Below are positions 25,705 to 36,346 of a stretch of DNA of 64,000 nucleotides, piece after piece. The position numbers were made by a program, and so were the translations under genes. The notes beneath the pieces are model-generated. The model did not search any database, had not been told where the DNA came from, and worked only from the letters and a program-made list of their open reading frames with translations. The stretch's first letter is position 1. Each line of letters begins with the position of its first letter. Source of the stretch: an uncultured virus (IMG/VR IMGVR_UViG_3300006917_000001) (lineage: Duplodnaviria > Heunggongvirae > Uroviricota > Caudoviricetes); IMG/VR virus record IMGVR_UViG_3300006917_000001; one strand, given 5' to 3'.

Positions 25705-26283
25705 CTATCTCTTTAGTGGTGAAGTAAGTTTGCAAATTCCCGCTGGTTTCATATGTTCTAAAAGATACTGTAGACGAAATGTTTTTACCACGTCTACAAG
25801 AAACGGAAACGAAAAAGACAGGGATAATGGAGGCTCAGGAATGTCTAATAACTCAAATTGGTACTGAGGCATAGAAACCAGAATTTCACGGGCATCCCGT
25901 TTGGTGATGAGCCACCAAGAAAGCGAACCAGAGCTTTCCCAAGCCTCCGTCGCCTGTCGCACCCAACCGTACCAAATGGCACAGGACTCTTTCGACCCGT
26001 CCACTAAATCCAATGGAGAACCCTTAGAATAACCACGTTTCAATTCAATCGTGGTGAAATCTAAAAGCGGGACTCCAATCGGGTCCATAGCCATAATATC
26101 ACCATAGGAACCAGCAGTAGATTTCCCTTTTCGCTTTCTTACCGTTGCCCGTGCCCCACTTGTCGAAGTTCTCCAAAACACATCATCCCGCTTGCCCCCT
26201 GTCCACCAGCGAGACAACTCCCGACAAATATCCCGCTCAAACTGGGAGCCCTTCCCAGAACGATTTTTCTTTTTCTTTGCCAT
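25705..26283 (-). CDS. Hjc-type (PD-(D/E)xK) Holliday junction resolvase
   Basis: KGSQFERDI, SGA, GDI, IELKR. Confidence 0.8.
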   Translation of the reverse strand: MAKKKKNRSGKGSQFERDICRELSRWWTGGKRDDVFWRTSTSGARATVRKRKGKSTAGSYGDIMAMDPIGVPLLDFTTIELKRGYSKGSPLDLVDGSKESCAIWYGWVRQATEAWESSGSLSWWLITKRDAREILVSMPQYQFELLDIPEPPLSLSFSFPFLVDVVKTFRLQYLLEHMKPAGICKLTSPLKR

Positions 26284-26287
26284 ACTC

Positions 26288-27127
26288 TTATTCCATAGGG
26301 GCACGACCCACAAGACTTGTCATTCCCAATTTACGAGACACAGCCTCCCACTTTTCATTCGTTACCTTATCAGACTGCAATTCAATTGGGAGAACTCCTG
26401 GAAATGGGAGGCGTACCAGTTTCAGGTTTCTTTTCCAAAAACTATTTCCCAAAACAATCTTGTTATAAGCCGAACTCTCCGGTTTTAATTTTCCCGCCAA
26501 AAACTTAGCTGCTGTCTTTTCCCCCACGCCACGAACTCCCTCAATGTCATCCGTGGCACAACCAGCAATAGCTTTCACATCAGCCCATTGGCTTGGGGAA
26601 ATCCCCCATTCTCTTTCAAATGTTTTCAATGAAGTCATTTTCTTAGAATGGGGATTCCAAATTTTCACACGAGGTCCGATCAACTGAAATAAATCGTGAT
26701 CACTACTCACAATAATACATTGGTCTTGGGCCAACTGGTCACACAGAGTAGCGATCAAATCATCTGCTTCAAATCCCCACTGCCAAAAAACATTCTGAAA
26801 TCCAATTTTTTGAAGTATGGAAGTTCGTAACTGATGAATTTGAGTTTCTAAAGATTCCCGGGCTTCTTTTTCTGGCGCCGTGGCGTTTGTGTACCTCTCC
26901 CTCCGAGAAGATTTATATTTCGGATAAATTTCTTCCCGCTTGTCACACCCACGATCAAAGCAAAACACGATATCCGTGGTGCAATGGAGATCCATCAACG
27001 TCAACACCTCCTTCAAAAACCCGTAAATGACTCCCGTGGATTTTCCACCGTAAGAGAGGTGACCCATTGTATGGAATGCCCGATGGCACAAGTAATTGGA
27101 GTCCACAAGAAGCCATGTCTTAGTCAC
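26288..27127 (-). CDS. 5'-3' exonuclease / flap endonuclease (PolI N-terminal type)
   Basis: LLVDSN, YKSSR, FEADD, SSDHDL, DDIEGVRGVGEKTA. Confidence 0.9.
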   Translation of the reverse strand: MTKTWLLVDSNYLCHRAFHTMGHLSYGGKSTGVIYGFLKEVLTLMDLHCTTDIVFCFDRGCDKREEIYPKYKSSRRERYTNATAPEKEARESLETQIHQLRTSILQKIGFQNVFWQWGFEADDLIATLCDQLAQDQCIIVSSDHDLFQLIGPRVKIWNPHSKKMTSLKTFEREWGISPSQWADVKAIAGCATDDIEGVRGVGEKTAAKFLAGKLKPESSAYNKIVLGNSFWKRNLKLVRLPFPGVLPIELQSDKVTNEKWEAVSRKLGMTSLVGRAPME

Positions 27128-27594
27128 ATCCACACCCCAAAATTCTTGATTATAGGCTTGGAAAACTTCTGCATTACCGTTTCCACAATACCACAATCTG
27201 AATTATTCCTGCCAAAAATATGACAAAAATAAGCGGCAGTAGGTGGCTCCGGTCGTGGTGCCACACATTTCATTGCCACCCGAATACAATCCCTTTCAAA
27301 CCAAGAAAGGGGTAACCCCGTGCGATCGTAGCTTCCATTCGGCACAAACTTCGAGTCATGTGGATCTTGTGTAACCACACCCCAGACACGATTTTTAATG
27401 AGTTGAATATTAGCAGAAAACTCCTTAATGGGGCGGCCTTTTACCGACGAAATTCGGCCCAACGCTTTGGAAAGATTCACCATTTCACGTTCTACTTGCG
27501 TCGCAGTTTCTAGCGGCAGCAGCCGGCTAAACACAATGCTTGTCTCCACATTAGTCCAAGTAGACTGAAACTTTTTTCTATTCTTGTACCTCAT
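27124..27594 (-). CDS. hypothetical protein
   Basis: Coupled ORF. Confidence 0.5.
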   Translation of the reverse strand: MRYKNRKKFQSTWTNVETSIVFSRLLPLETATQVEREMVNLSKALGRISSVKGRPIKEFSANIQLIKNRVWGVVTQDPHDSKFVPNGSYDRTGLPLSWFERDCIRVAMKCVAPRPEPPTAAYFCHIFGRNNSDCGIVETVMQKFSKPIIKNFGVWM

Positions 27595-27595
27595 T

Positions 27596-28696
27596 TCATT
27601 TCTCCTGAGTGGAGTCCGTCACATACCGATTCTTGCGAACTAGCCGGCACGCTTCTTGGACCTCTTTCCATGCCCGTCCAACGGCTAACCGCAATTCATC
27701 TTCCAAATCATTTTCTTCAATGTGCCGAATCAATTTCTCTCGGGAACCAGTAAAACCGCCGAAACTTCCCGTCTTAATAATCCCACGATTTTCTGTAAGC
27801 AAATCCTCACCAATCAAATAATCCACACAACTCCCAATATCATCCACTCCCAAAGAATGATAGATGGGAATTTCCACAGTATGGTCTTGTCCGGTGATGC
27901 GATTCTTTTTTACTTGAATCTTTACTTGCACTCCAATCTGCCTGGCTTGTCCTCTCACCGTTTTCTTCAACTTTTCTTTCACAGAGGTCCACAACTCCAA
28001 ACAAGCATAAAATTTGAGTGCGTGACCTCCAGAACGAGTTTTCTTTTCAAACCCGAAACCTAAGTTATCCCGGGTCTGATTGATAATAATAAGAATGGAA
28101 CCCGTTTTCCGGAGATGGGGTAAAATTCGCCGCAAATTCCCGGAGTTTTTCTTCGCCTTTCCATCCCCATAAGAACCTGGGACCTCTTTGCCGGCCCGAT
28201 ACGCTTTCTTAGCGTCATCAAATTTAGAAGTTTCATCCTCACTGGACAGCACATCCATAGAGTCCAAGAGATAAATAAATGGAGTCCCCTTTTTAATAGC
28301 GTCGTCCAAATGGTAGTAAAACTCTTCTACGGTAGAACTGTAAACAGGCTCCCCATCCTCTATCGCTGGAGACTCAAGACGATCGGCCAAGGACTGTCCA
28401 AAGTAATTGGAAACATCCATTAAAGCCCCATCTTCAGCATTGTCGTAAATCAAACGGTAACCGTCAAAATTGGGGTTAATCGAGGCTTCTGCTAAACACC
28501 CCAAGCAAAGCCACGTCTTTCCGCTATTACTATCCCCCACAAAAAAATAGTATTTTCCTTTGAGCAAGCCTCCCCTTGTACGATTCGAACAGGCCAAGTT
28601 CACAAGGGTGGACCCAGTGCTCAGTAGATCTTTATTCTGAATTGGTTTCGATTGCATGAGTTTTAATTGCTCCAATATTTTTTCGGTCGAAATCAT
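27596..28696 (-). CDS. RecA/UvsX-like recombinase
   Basis: LSTGS, GDSNSGKT, LLDS, IINQTR, SGGHALKFYA, KNR. Confidence 0.9.
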   Translation of the reverse strand: MISTEKILEQLKLMQSKPIQNKDLLSTGSTLVNLACSNRTRGGLLKGKYYFFVGDSNSGKTWLCLGCLAEASINPNFDGYRLIYDNAEDGALMDVSNYFGQSLADRLESPAIEDGEPVYSSTVEEFYYHLDDAIKKGTPFIYLLDSMDVLSSEDETSKFDDAKKAYRAGKEVPGSYGDGKAKKNSGNLRRILPHLRKTGSILIIINQTRDNLGFGFEKKTRSGGHALKFYACLELWTSVKEKLKKTVRGQARQIGVQVKIQVKKNRITGQDHTVEIPIYHSLGVDDIGSCVDYLIGEDLLTENRGIIKTGSFGGFTGSREKLIRHIEENDLEDELRLAVGRAWKEVQEACRLVRKNRYVTDSTQEK

Positions 28697-28707
28697 AACA
28701 TTACCTA

Positions 28708-28742
28708 AAAAAAAGGGAGGGTCCCTATTAAGGACCCTCCCC
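28708..28742 (-). terminator. intrinsic terminator
   Basis: GGGAGGGTCC/GGACCCTCCC stem plus T-run. Confidence 0.7.
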
Positions 28743-28792
28743 GAATTACCCACTTCATTTCCACCTACACAAACAAAGTGGGTTTCCTTTAA

Positions 28793-29914
28793 CTAAAATG
28801 GAATGTCGTCGTCCTCGTCGTCTTCCACTGGAGGCTTTTTCTTCTTCGGCGGAGGTGCGTCTGGAAGTTTTTTCTTCGGTGCTGGCTCGTCATCGAAATC
28901 GTCACCGTCCTCGTCGTCTTCCACCGGAGGCTTTTTCTTCTTCGGAACCGGCACTTCGTCCTCGTCGTCGTCCTCTACATCTACGGGTGGAGCTTTCTTT
29001 TTCTTCGGTGGAGGTGCATCGTCCTCGTCACCGTCCTCGTCGTCTTCCACCGGAGGCTTTTTCTTCTTCGGTGGAGGTGCATCGTCCTCGTCACCGTCCT
29101 CGTCGTCTTCCACCGGAGGCTTTTTCTTCTTCGGTGGAGGTGCGTCGTCCTCGTCACCGTCCTCGTCGTCGGCTCCATCCTCATCTTTCTGTAAGAAAAT
29201 GGCCTTCAGTTTTTCCGTGGAAAGAATAATGGGCATGTTGTCTAAACATGGAGCCGATTCTACCAAATCAGGGTCCAATGCTTTAGAGCGCAACTTGAAT
29301 TGGATGTCCACCACCTCACAAAACGTATTGCCACCCAGCGATTTTTCCTCCGCGGTGATCTTAAGGGTACAACCATCGTCTGGATTGGCAAACCGTTTGA
29401 ACTGCTTTTCGTCCTCATCCAAATTCCGCAACCGCGTGTCCAGCAACTTGCCGAACAAGTGGAACGAAACATCCCAAAGCTGAATACCTTTATCCGGTTC
29501 AGCATAGTTGTAGATCAAAAACAACTGCCGCTCTTTGGGACTCAGTGACTTGATCAACTCCTCATCTGCATTAGGGTCGTCTGCCAAAGACGCCCGATAA
29601 CTGCAAATAGGGCACGTCTTGCCAGCCGTTTTTCGCGGACAGACGTAAGCATCCTTGTTCGCCCCAATATCCCGGTGAACGAAGAAGGTTCGTTCGTAGT
29701 AAAGCTGTCCAGGCTTACAAAAGGGATTTCCCTCACCAGTCGTAAATGGGATGATGTCGAAACGGTAGGTTCCCGGTCGTTTCAATTGAAACAAACCAAG
29801 CCCTTCCGGAATTTTCAACGTAGTGCGGTCGAACCCCGTTTTATGGTTCCGTAGCCGACCCTCCACATTTACTTCGCGCCGTTGTTCTCGACGCTCCCTG
29901 TCCGTTTTACTCAT
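28793..29914 (-). CDS. gp32-like single-stranded DNA-binding protein with repetitive charged tail
   Basis: H..C..CPIC zinc site, position between recA and UvsY-like genes, C-terminal DDIPF. Confidence 0.75.
   Translation of the reverse strand: MSKTDRERREQRREVNVEGRLRNHKTGFDRTTLKIPEGLGLFQLKRPGTYRFDIIPFTTGEGNPFCKPGQLYYERTFFVHRDIGANKDAYVCPRKTAGKTCPICSYRASLADDPNADEELIKSLSPKERQLFLIYNYAEPDKGIQLWDVSFHLFGKLLDTRLRNLDEDEKQFKRFANPDDGCTLKITAEEKSLGGNTFCEVVDIQFKLRSKALDPDLVESAPCLDNMPIILSTEKLKAIFLQKDEDGADDEDGDEDDAPPPKKKKPPVEDDEDGDEDDAPPPKKKKPPVEDDEDGDEDDAPPPKKKKAPPVDVEDDDEDEVPVPKKKKPPVEDDEDGDDFDDEPAPKKKLPDAPPPKKKKPPVEDDEDDDIPF
28803..29170. repeat. 63-bp coding repeats (PPPKKKKPPVEDDEDGDEDDA)
   Basis: Units start 63 bp apart (29038, 29101), with degenerate flanking copies. 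Confidence 0.9.
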
Positions 29915-30071
29915 TTACATTCTCCTTTTCAAAGTAACGGATAGACTGCAATACGCCAAAAGTGACTATTTTCGCCGCGTAAAACAGCCAAAACAACGAT
30001 CCAAAAAAGACCACCAAGAAACACAAGATCCAACACAAGACCCACAACACACCCGCAACCCACTCCATAGG

Positions 30072-30554
30072 TCACTCCCGTTCTGTTTTTGTGACCGAAT
30101 TTCTTACACTCCTTTTCACAATATCCTCTCCTACAGATTTATCCATCTTCGTCACCGGAGTGGCAAAATAATGCTGACCGTGGAGGTTCACCAGATTCTC
30201 CAATGACCGCTTGCGATGGTCCAATGCCGTTACAGCCGCTTGTAACACATTGACCCGAAACTTTAGATCCACAACAACTTCTTTCACCTTACGAAATTTC
30301 GCATGAGCCTCCACCGCTTGCTCTACCGCTTTTTCCGTAATCTTGGCCAAACCAAAGTCTTCCGGTTCCGCTCGTATCATAGAGTCTAGCTTTGCCCGAA
30401 CCACCCCCACATTGGCTTCGGCCTCATCCAATAACTTCCGAGCTTCCGCTAACTGCTTGGCATACCGGAAAAAAAGTTTCGGTTGATTTTTCCACTCTTG
30501 ATCCAAAGCATACTCATCCACTTCCAAAATGGATTCAATGTCTTCGTCAGCCAT
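30072..30554 (-). CDS. UvsY-like recombination mediator
   Basis: Helical protein with LDQEW..QP, KITEKAV, ALDHRKRSL; adjacent to SSB. Confidence 0.55.
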   Translation of the reverse strand: MADEDIESILEVDEYALDQEWKNQPKLFFRYAKQLAEARKLLDEAEANVGVVRAKLDSMIRAEPEDFGLAKITEKAVEQAVEAHAKFRKVKEVVVDLKFRVNVLQAAVTALDHRKRSLENLVNLHGQHYFATPVTKMDKSVGEDIVKRSVRNSVTKTERE

Positions 30555-30586
30555 AAATAAACCTCCACCACCATAATCGGAATGGA

Positions 30587-31516
30587 TTAACCACCATGAC
30601 CAAGTACATCAGAACAAGACAAAATTAGTCCAGCTTTTTTTGTATCATAGTAGTTGTCTCGGAAACAATTCATAACAAAAAGTGCTCGCTTTACCATCGC
30701 TGGAGTCTTGTTGGCAAGAACAATAGAAGAACAGTAACCAAGCACCATCCACCGAATACTTTCTGGATCTTCGGTAACCTCTTTAAGAAGCTTCGCCACA
30801 TCAGTCCAAGTAACCCTTGGATTAAACAATGCTCTAGCCAACTGAATAGCTTGAGCCTTGGCGTCCACGGACTGAAGCATTTGGAGCTGTTCCGTAGAAT
30901 TAGGCAGCTCCAAAACCTGTCCTAACAAAACCAATAACTTTCTTGCGGACCCCTCCGCCGTTTCTACCAACCGATCCACCACGTCTTCTTCTAACTGGGC
31001 TTCCTCCCTTTGCAATACCTTAGCCACTAATTCTTTTGCTTTAGTGGGTGTGAGAGCCTTTACCGCCACCACGGTTGCCCGTGTCTTAATCGTGGCGATC
31101 AACTTATCTGGATCTGTCGTCGCCATGAAGAAATAGACGTGTTTTGGGGTATCCTCCAACATTTTCAACAAAGCATTTTGAGCATCCCCGGTGAGCTTGT
31201 GGGCTTCGTCAATGAGCCAAATGCGGCAGGAGCCACCCAAAGGGGACAGACCCATACGTCCCCGAATTTCTCTCACCATATCAATGCCACGGAAATCCGC
31301 GCAATTGATTTCCACAAAATCTGTATCTGCACACTCCAACTTATTTTTTAGAATCCTGGCAAGAGTAGTCTTCCCACACCCCGATGGACCCGTGAATAAC
31401 AAAAAATGTGGGAGTTTGCCCTTGGTCAAATAACCGTTCAACATCGCAACGGCTTGTTCCTGACCCAGTACAGATTTGAAAACCCCTGGTCGATATTTCT
31501 TGTAAAGCTCTTCCAT
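30587..31516 (-). CDS. clamp loader AAA+ ATPase (DnaX gamma/tau-like)
   Basis: LYKKYRP, GPSGCGKT, LIDEAH, NALLKMLE. Confidence 0.9.
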   Translation of the reverse strand: MEELYKKYRPGVFKSVLGQEQAVAMLNGYLTKGKLPHFLLFTGPSGCGKTTLARILKNKLECADTDFVEINCADFRGIDMVREIRGRMGLSPLGGSCRIWLIDEAHKLTGDAQNALLKMLEDTPKHVYFFMATTDPDKLIATIKTRATVVAVKALTPTKAKELVAKVLQREEAQLEEDVVDRLVETAEGSARKLLVLLGQVLELPNSTEQLQMLQSVDAKAQAIQLARALFNPRVTWTDVAKLLKEVTEDPESIRWMVLGYCSSIVLANKTPAMVKRALFVMNCFRDNYYDTKKAGLILSCSDVLGHGG

Positions 31517-31526
31517 TCAAAAATCC

Positions 31527-32927
31527 TTAAAGTGCAAACTTGTAAATGTCATCCACTTTCTTTTTGTCGTGCCAAGAACCACCTACGGGGGTCACCTCCG
31601 CCTCAATCTTAAGGTTTACAATAATCCATTTCCAATGCTCCATTAACCGATCCACCATGATCTCTTTGGCCAAAATCAAATAGTCTTGGACACAACTCAC
31701 ATGCACATCGGCCAAAATACTGTCATGGATTTGACCTACCAACAAAGCGTCCATCTTCCGCCGGCGAAGCTGACGAGAAATTTGAATAAAGGACCAAAGA
31801 AGACAATGGAAAGCAGACCCTTGAATCGGGTAATTGATCACGTCATTTCGCCCGTAAATTCCATCAATACGAAATCCAGTTAAGGTATTAAATCCCCCAT
31901 TTTTCAAGTAACTCTCAAACCAATCTTCCCGCCACCTTCCATATACCTGAAAACGCCGACCCCAAAAATCGTCTTCCACATCTTTCAAATGATCCATGAA
32001 AGTTCCCGGTTCTGGCTTGTAATCAGACACAGAACCCAACTTCGTAACTCCCTTAGCCGCTAAATGATCTTTAACCCGCGTCCCATCTTCCAAAGTCAAA
32101 GACATGGAATCCAAAGCATTCCACAAATTAACAGCACACTGGGCATAGTAACTCCCATAAAATTCTGGAAAGACGAACATATTCTTCCCACAATAACGAA
32201 GCTGCTTAGTGACCTGTTTTGGCTTCAGCTTGTAACATTGAGCCGCCATATCCCGGTGCATATCTTTTCCGGGATTTTCAATGTACTGAATCATCGTGGG
32301 GTCTTTGTGGTAACAAGCCGCCACCAAAACCTCTACACCAGAATAATCCAATTCCACCAACACCCGATCTTTCCCACGAGGAATAAAACAAGAACGAATG
32401 TACGCCCCAACTTCTTGATCCCGAATCGGAATGTTTTGGAAATTGATACTGTCACTAGAACTGCGGTAAGTTCTAGCTATGTGGAGATTGAAAAAAGAGT
32501 GGAGGTAGCCGTCGCACACCTCCCGCTGCAACCCCAAAAGAAAAGTACCATGAAGTTTTTTCCACCTCTCTATTTCCAGAAACATTTTGCAAAAGGGGTG
32601 ATCAATATTAGCAAGAGTGGCCTCGTCCAAAATGTAACGATTCGTGTCATGGTTCTGCTCCCCCTTAAATCCCAACTCCTTAAACAAAATTCTAGCCAAC
32701 TGAGGACGACTCCCCATGTTGGCCTTTCCCCCGTAAATCTTTAACCACAATCGCCAAACGTCTGTCTGCCGTATCTGGGCGGTCAGCTGTTTAACACGGC
32801 CTTCCACCTCTTGGATGTTAGCCGTCAGACGTTCCACATCTACACAAATCCCATTTGCCTCCATACCAGAAAACTCTACCAACCCATCACGCAAAAGCTG
32901 GTAAGCCTCAAAAGTAACTGGTTTCAT
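31527..32927 (-). CDS. family A DNA polymerase, polymerase domain only
   Basis: NFQNIP, LDYSGVE (motif A), R..GK..VF..FYG (motif B), NYPIQG, QIHDS (motif C). Confidence 0.92.
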   Translation of the reverse strand: MKPVTFEAYQLLRDGLVEFSGMEANGICVDVERLTANIQEVEGRVKQLTAQIRQTDVWRLWLKIYGGKANMGSRPQLARILFKELGFKGEQNHDTNRYILDEATLANIDHPFCKMFLEIERWKKLHGTFLLGLQREVCDGYLHSFFNLHIARTYRSSSDSINFQNIPIRDQEVGAYIRSCFIPRGKDRVLVELDYSGVEVLVAACYHKDPTMIQYIENPGKDMHRDMAAQCYKLKPKQVTKQLRYCGKNMFVFPEFYGSYYAQCAVNLWNALDSMSLTLEDGTRVKDHLAAKGVTKLGSVSDYKPEPGTFMDHLKDVEDDFWGRRFQVYGRWREDWFESYLKNGGFNTLTGFRIDGIYGRNDVINYPIQGSAFHCLLWSFIQISRQLRRRKMDALLVGQIHDSILADVHVSCVQDYLILAKEIMVDRLMEHWKWIIVNLKIEAEVTPVGGSWHDKKKVDDIYKFAL

Positions 32928-34174
32928 AGCCAATCTTTCATGGAAATACCAAATTGAACCATTTGCTTTTCAGCAACACGGTACTCCAACAAAGAGTCCA
33001 ATCCATTGTAAAGCAAAAGATCATGGAGGTTCACTTGCTCTAAAATCTGATTTGTGCGCAAGTTAGAATTATTGGAAGACAGAAACTTGGAAATGTGATC
33101 ATCGTAACTCTCCGCTCCCAACAATACAAAAGATTGGAACTTTAACCCACAAATTCCAGGTCTGTTATCTAATGCGTGTGCTGCAGTCATCGTACACCAC
33201 GCCCAATTCTTAACGGGCTTGCCAAACTCCATTCTGGACCAACGATCCTCCATTTTGAGATTACTGGCGATCTTAGGCATAGAAGAACGAATTAACCGTC
33301 CCATCGCCGGCACAGCAGCACCACGCCAAGGAAATGCTATGGTTTTCTTCCCATTCCAACATACGGAACAAGACAAAATTTCAGCATCAAACCAATCTGG
33401 CTTGAGCATAGTGGTCTCGTAATCAAATGCCACAACACCACCACGCTCTACCATCTTGTCCAAAATTCTAGCCGCCTCATCCGTATCTAAAACGAGTTCA
33501 ACCTCCTTAATTTCGTTTGGTATCTCGTCATATGGACGACCAGATAATTGAAGGGCTGATTCCAAATGCCGACGAAACCACAAATTAGGAACCGGATCTT
33601 TTTTACGGGACTCTAGAGTGCGTAAAACATAATTCGGATCATATGTGGGGCAAATCCAACAATTCCATTTCCGACACGGAATTTGAAATCCAGTCCAACG
33701 GCTCAAAATACCAACATCCTCTTTCCAAATCGATCCAATGATACTCTGAACCGCTTCGTAACCCAACAAAAGGATGACTTGTGGCCGCAACTGCTCAATA
33801 GTGCGTATTAAATTTGGACGGCAATAACCAATCCTGTCTGAAATGGAAACTTCGACATTCCCCTCATTTTGTTTTTTAGACAAATGACAAATGAGGGCGT
33901 TGTCATACCAGTAATCTTCCTCAGGATCACCACCCAAAGATCTCAAAGTTCGTTTAAGAAACTTACCAGTCCGTCCTACAAAATGAGTCCCTTCTAAATC
34001 CTCCTCTTTCCCTGGAAAGTCGCCCACAATTAAAATTCTTCGGCGCCCATTACCACTAAAAGACATCTTTGGGGATTTGCAGCCCTTGTAAAGACCACAA
34101 GCCCCACAAAGCGGAATTGTGGGGCTTGGTTTCTTACTTTGGGCCAGTGTAGAACCGGAAAAAAAGCCTTTCAT
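32924..34174 (-). CDS. family-4-like uracil-DNA glycosylase fused to 3'-5' exonuclease (N-terminal part of split polymerase)
   Basis: CGAC, VGDFPG..ED...FVG, LLG, FDYETT (ExoI), YNGLD (ExoIII). Confidence 0.85.
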   Translation of the reverse strand: MKGFFSGSTLAQSKKPSPTIPLCGACGLYKGCKSPKMSFSGNGRRRILIVGDFPGKEEDLEGTHFVGRTGKFLKRTLRSLGGDPEEDYWYDNALICHLSKKQNEGNVEVSISDRIGYCRPNLIRTIEQLRPQVILLLGYEAVQSIIGSIWKEDVGILSRWTGFQIPCRKWNCWICPTYDPNYVLRTLESRKKDPVPNLWFRRHLESALQLSGRPYDEIPNEIKEVELVLDTDEAARILDKMVERGGVVAFDYETTMLKPDWFDAEILSCSVCWNGKKTIAFPWRGAAVPAMGRLIRSSMPKIASNLKMEDRWSRMEFGKPVKNWAWCTMTAAHALDNRPGICGLKFQSFVLLGAESYDDHISKFLSSNNSNLRTNQILEQVNLHDLLLYNGLDSLLEYRVAEKQMVQFGISMKDWL

Positions 34175-35223
34175 TCTACAACAGCCTCTTCAGCTGGTTC
34201 CGTTTCTTTCTCTGCCGCAGGAGCACCAAGACACGTAACGTAGGTGAAACCTTTTCCTTCCACCTTCAAACGCTCCTGGGAAATCTCGCATTCGTTATAC
34301 CGCTGTGTGATCTCAGACAACAATTGGGGTGACACCAAAAAAAGAATAGGCTCACCGTCATACTGGATCTTCTTGGTCTCCGTGTACCAACCAGAAATGC
34401 CTTGCCCACGAATCCGCAACTTACCCGGACGCAACTCAATAGTTACTTGATTGGCGTCCACATTTTCTGCAGAAAAAACACTGGCCTTTTCGGCAGCTTC
34501 CACCAATCCCTTGGGTAAGGTCGTCTTAATACCACGACATTTCAACAACTTGGAAAGATCTGGGAACTCCTCGATGTAACGCCTACAAGAAAGAATCAAT
34601 CCAGACGAAGAACGAAAATGCAACCAAGACTTGGTTTCGGAAAACTCAATCATCCCCAAAGAAGTGATGTGCTTAACACTGGAGCCGCGCACCAAAAATT
34701 CCTCCCTGACATTAGTCGTGAGAGCATATCGGCACAATTGCGTGTTATCGCAGGCTTCCAAATAATCGGGATGGACATGAACGCATGTCATAGAAAAGAA
34801 AGATTCGTCTTTTCCAACGCAAGTCTGGACAATTCCAATTGCCTCCAAAAACTCCGCCGGCAAAGGCTTCCACTTTTTAGGCAACTCTACAGAATCAATA
34901 GGGAGTAAGAAATCAGACTCCCGACGAATCCCAAGAGTGCGACGCTTTCCAAACAACTGGATCTCCCCTTCCGCTTCCACCACCTCCAGTTCTTCATCCG
35001 GTAGTTTGCGCAGAATAGCCAAAAAAGGAGCAGCCTGAATTGCACCTTCCAATGGAAGGTTACACTCATGACTGCAAGCAATTTCCTCGTTAAACGTAAA
35101 AACCATTCCACCACGGAAACAAAAACAACTGCTCTGCTCCACAATCTCCCGAGTGGACAGGCCGGGCTGGACCGATTCCAATTGCTGCAACAACAGCTCA
35201 CGATTTACCTTTACCACGAACAT
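34171..35223 (-). CDS. sliding clamp (DNA Pol III beta-like)
   Basis: 350 aa, VNRELLL N-terminus, ACDN, EFPD motifs, next to polymerase and loader. Confidence 0.7.
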   Translation of the reverse strand: MFVVKVNRELLLQQLESVQPGLSTREIVEQSSCFCFRGGMVFTFNEEIACSHECNLPLEGAIQAAPFLAILRKLPDEELEVVEAEGEIQLFGKRRTLGIRRESDFLLPIDSVELPKKWKPLPAEFLEAIGIVQTCVGKDESFFSMTCVHVHPDYLEACDNTQLCRYALTTNVREEFLVRGSSVKHITSLGMIEFSETKSWLHFRSSSGLILSCRRYIEEFPDLSKLLKCRGIKTTLPKGLVEAAEKASVFSAENVDANQVTIELRPGKLRIRGQGISGWYTETKKIQYDGEPILFLVSPQLLSEITQRYNECEISQERLKVEGKGFTYVTCLGAPAAEKETEPAEEAVVE

Positions 35224-35398
35224 TCCCTTTCTTCTTCAAGTAGTTTTCTTTCCGCTTGTCCTTGATCATCTTAAAACGCTTGGTCAATTTTCCAGATTGG
35301 TACATTGGCCAAAACGTCAACATCAGAGTGCATTCGTTTCTCAAAGCTATTTCTGGCTGAGACCAATGACTCCCATCCCCTGAATAGTAAAGGATCAT
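35198..35398 (-). CDS. small protein coupled to the TGT-like gene
   Basis: MILYYSG..., ATGA overlap. Confidence 0.45.
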   Translation of the reverse strand: MILYYSGDGSHWSQPEIALRNECTLMLTFWPMYQSGKLTKRFKMIKDKRKENYLKKKGNVRGKGKS

Positions 35399-36345
35399 AT
35401 GAGACCGAACCCCTTAATGGAAACCCGGTTCTTCAAATGGAATGGAAATGGATAAGCCGGCATCGATTCCACCATTCGTTGGTAAAACATCAGATTTGCA
35501 TACCGCCTTTCCACGTGTCTCGTCACCACACCATATTCCAAAACTTCGTAAGTGCCATCGGGATTCCACTTCCACTTCCCAAGACCAACTCCAATATCAG
35601 ACAACCACTTACGAACGATAGCTTTCTCTCCGGAGGATAACGTGAAATAATGATAGCCACGTTCCCTTCGCTTGGGTGAATCAATGCTCACACCCAAGAT
35701 ATAAGGCTGTTCCGTAAAGACAAACTCACCCCGGCGCTGGTGAGGGACAGAAATGCCACCAAAAGCCCCAATCTTTGTCCAACTGGTGCTGTCCACCGAA
35801 TACCAAGGGTACCGCAACAACAACTCGTAAGACGTCACACCAAAGCCATGAATACGGACTCGGGGACAACGAGAGGGGTTGTCACACAAAAAATCAAAGC
35901 AACGATCCAACCACCCACGGCAATGTTCTTGAGTAAGACTTCCAACCAATCCACCAAGAGCAATAAAATCGTAACCCTCGTCCACATAACGCTTCAACCA
36001 ATCCAAAGAAGTGCGATAATGGACAACAGGAACCGGATTCAACCCGTGAGTCTGTTCTAAATACTTTTGATTGCGATACGTGAGTTCTGGATTTGGAATG
36101 GCGTCCACATTGGCATAGTGGTCTATGGCATAGTGGAACTTTTGAACAAAAGCGGCATAGCTGTCAAGGTACTCATAAAAGTCAGGAGTGTCGTAATACG
36201 CCCACTGATCTGTTTTATTTTCCTTGGCATACTCTGCCGCTTTAGTCCAAATAGTGAAAGCCCCACTATCTAAAAAATGGGACTTTACACAACCACACTC
36301 CCAATCCTCATTAGGATCAGGCAAATTCAATTTCTCACGAACCAT
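35395..36345 (-). CDS. dpdA: DpdA/TGT-like deazaguanine transglycosylase
   Basis: FLDSGAF, PVPVVH, IALGGLV, IHGFG, PWYSVDSTSW; adjacent to folE and queCDE. Confidence 0.7.
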   Translation of the reverse strand: MVREKLNLPDPNEDWECGCVKSHFLDSGAFTIWTKAAEYAKENKTDQWAYYDTPDFYEYLDSYAAFVQKFHYAIDHYANVDAIPNPELTYRNQKYLEQTHGLNPVPVVHYRTSLDWLKRYVDEGYDFIALGGLVGSLTQEHCRGWLDRCFDFLCDNPSRCPRVRIHGFGVTSYELLLRYPWYSVDSTSWTKIGAFGGISVPHQRRGEFVFTEQPYILGVSIDSPKRRERGYHYFTLSSGEKAIVRKWLSDIGVGLGKWKWNPDGTYEVLEYGVVTRHVERRYANLMFYQRMVESMPAYPFPFHLKNRVSIKGFGLI

Positions 36346-36346
36346 T

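Noticed and set aside
28798..29483. Long plus-strand ORFs (Ser/Phe/Gly-rich)
   Set aside because: Antisense shadows of the SSB repeat tail
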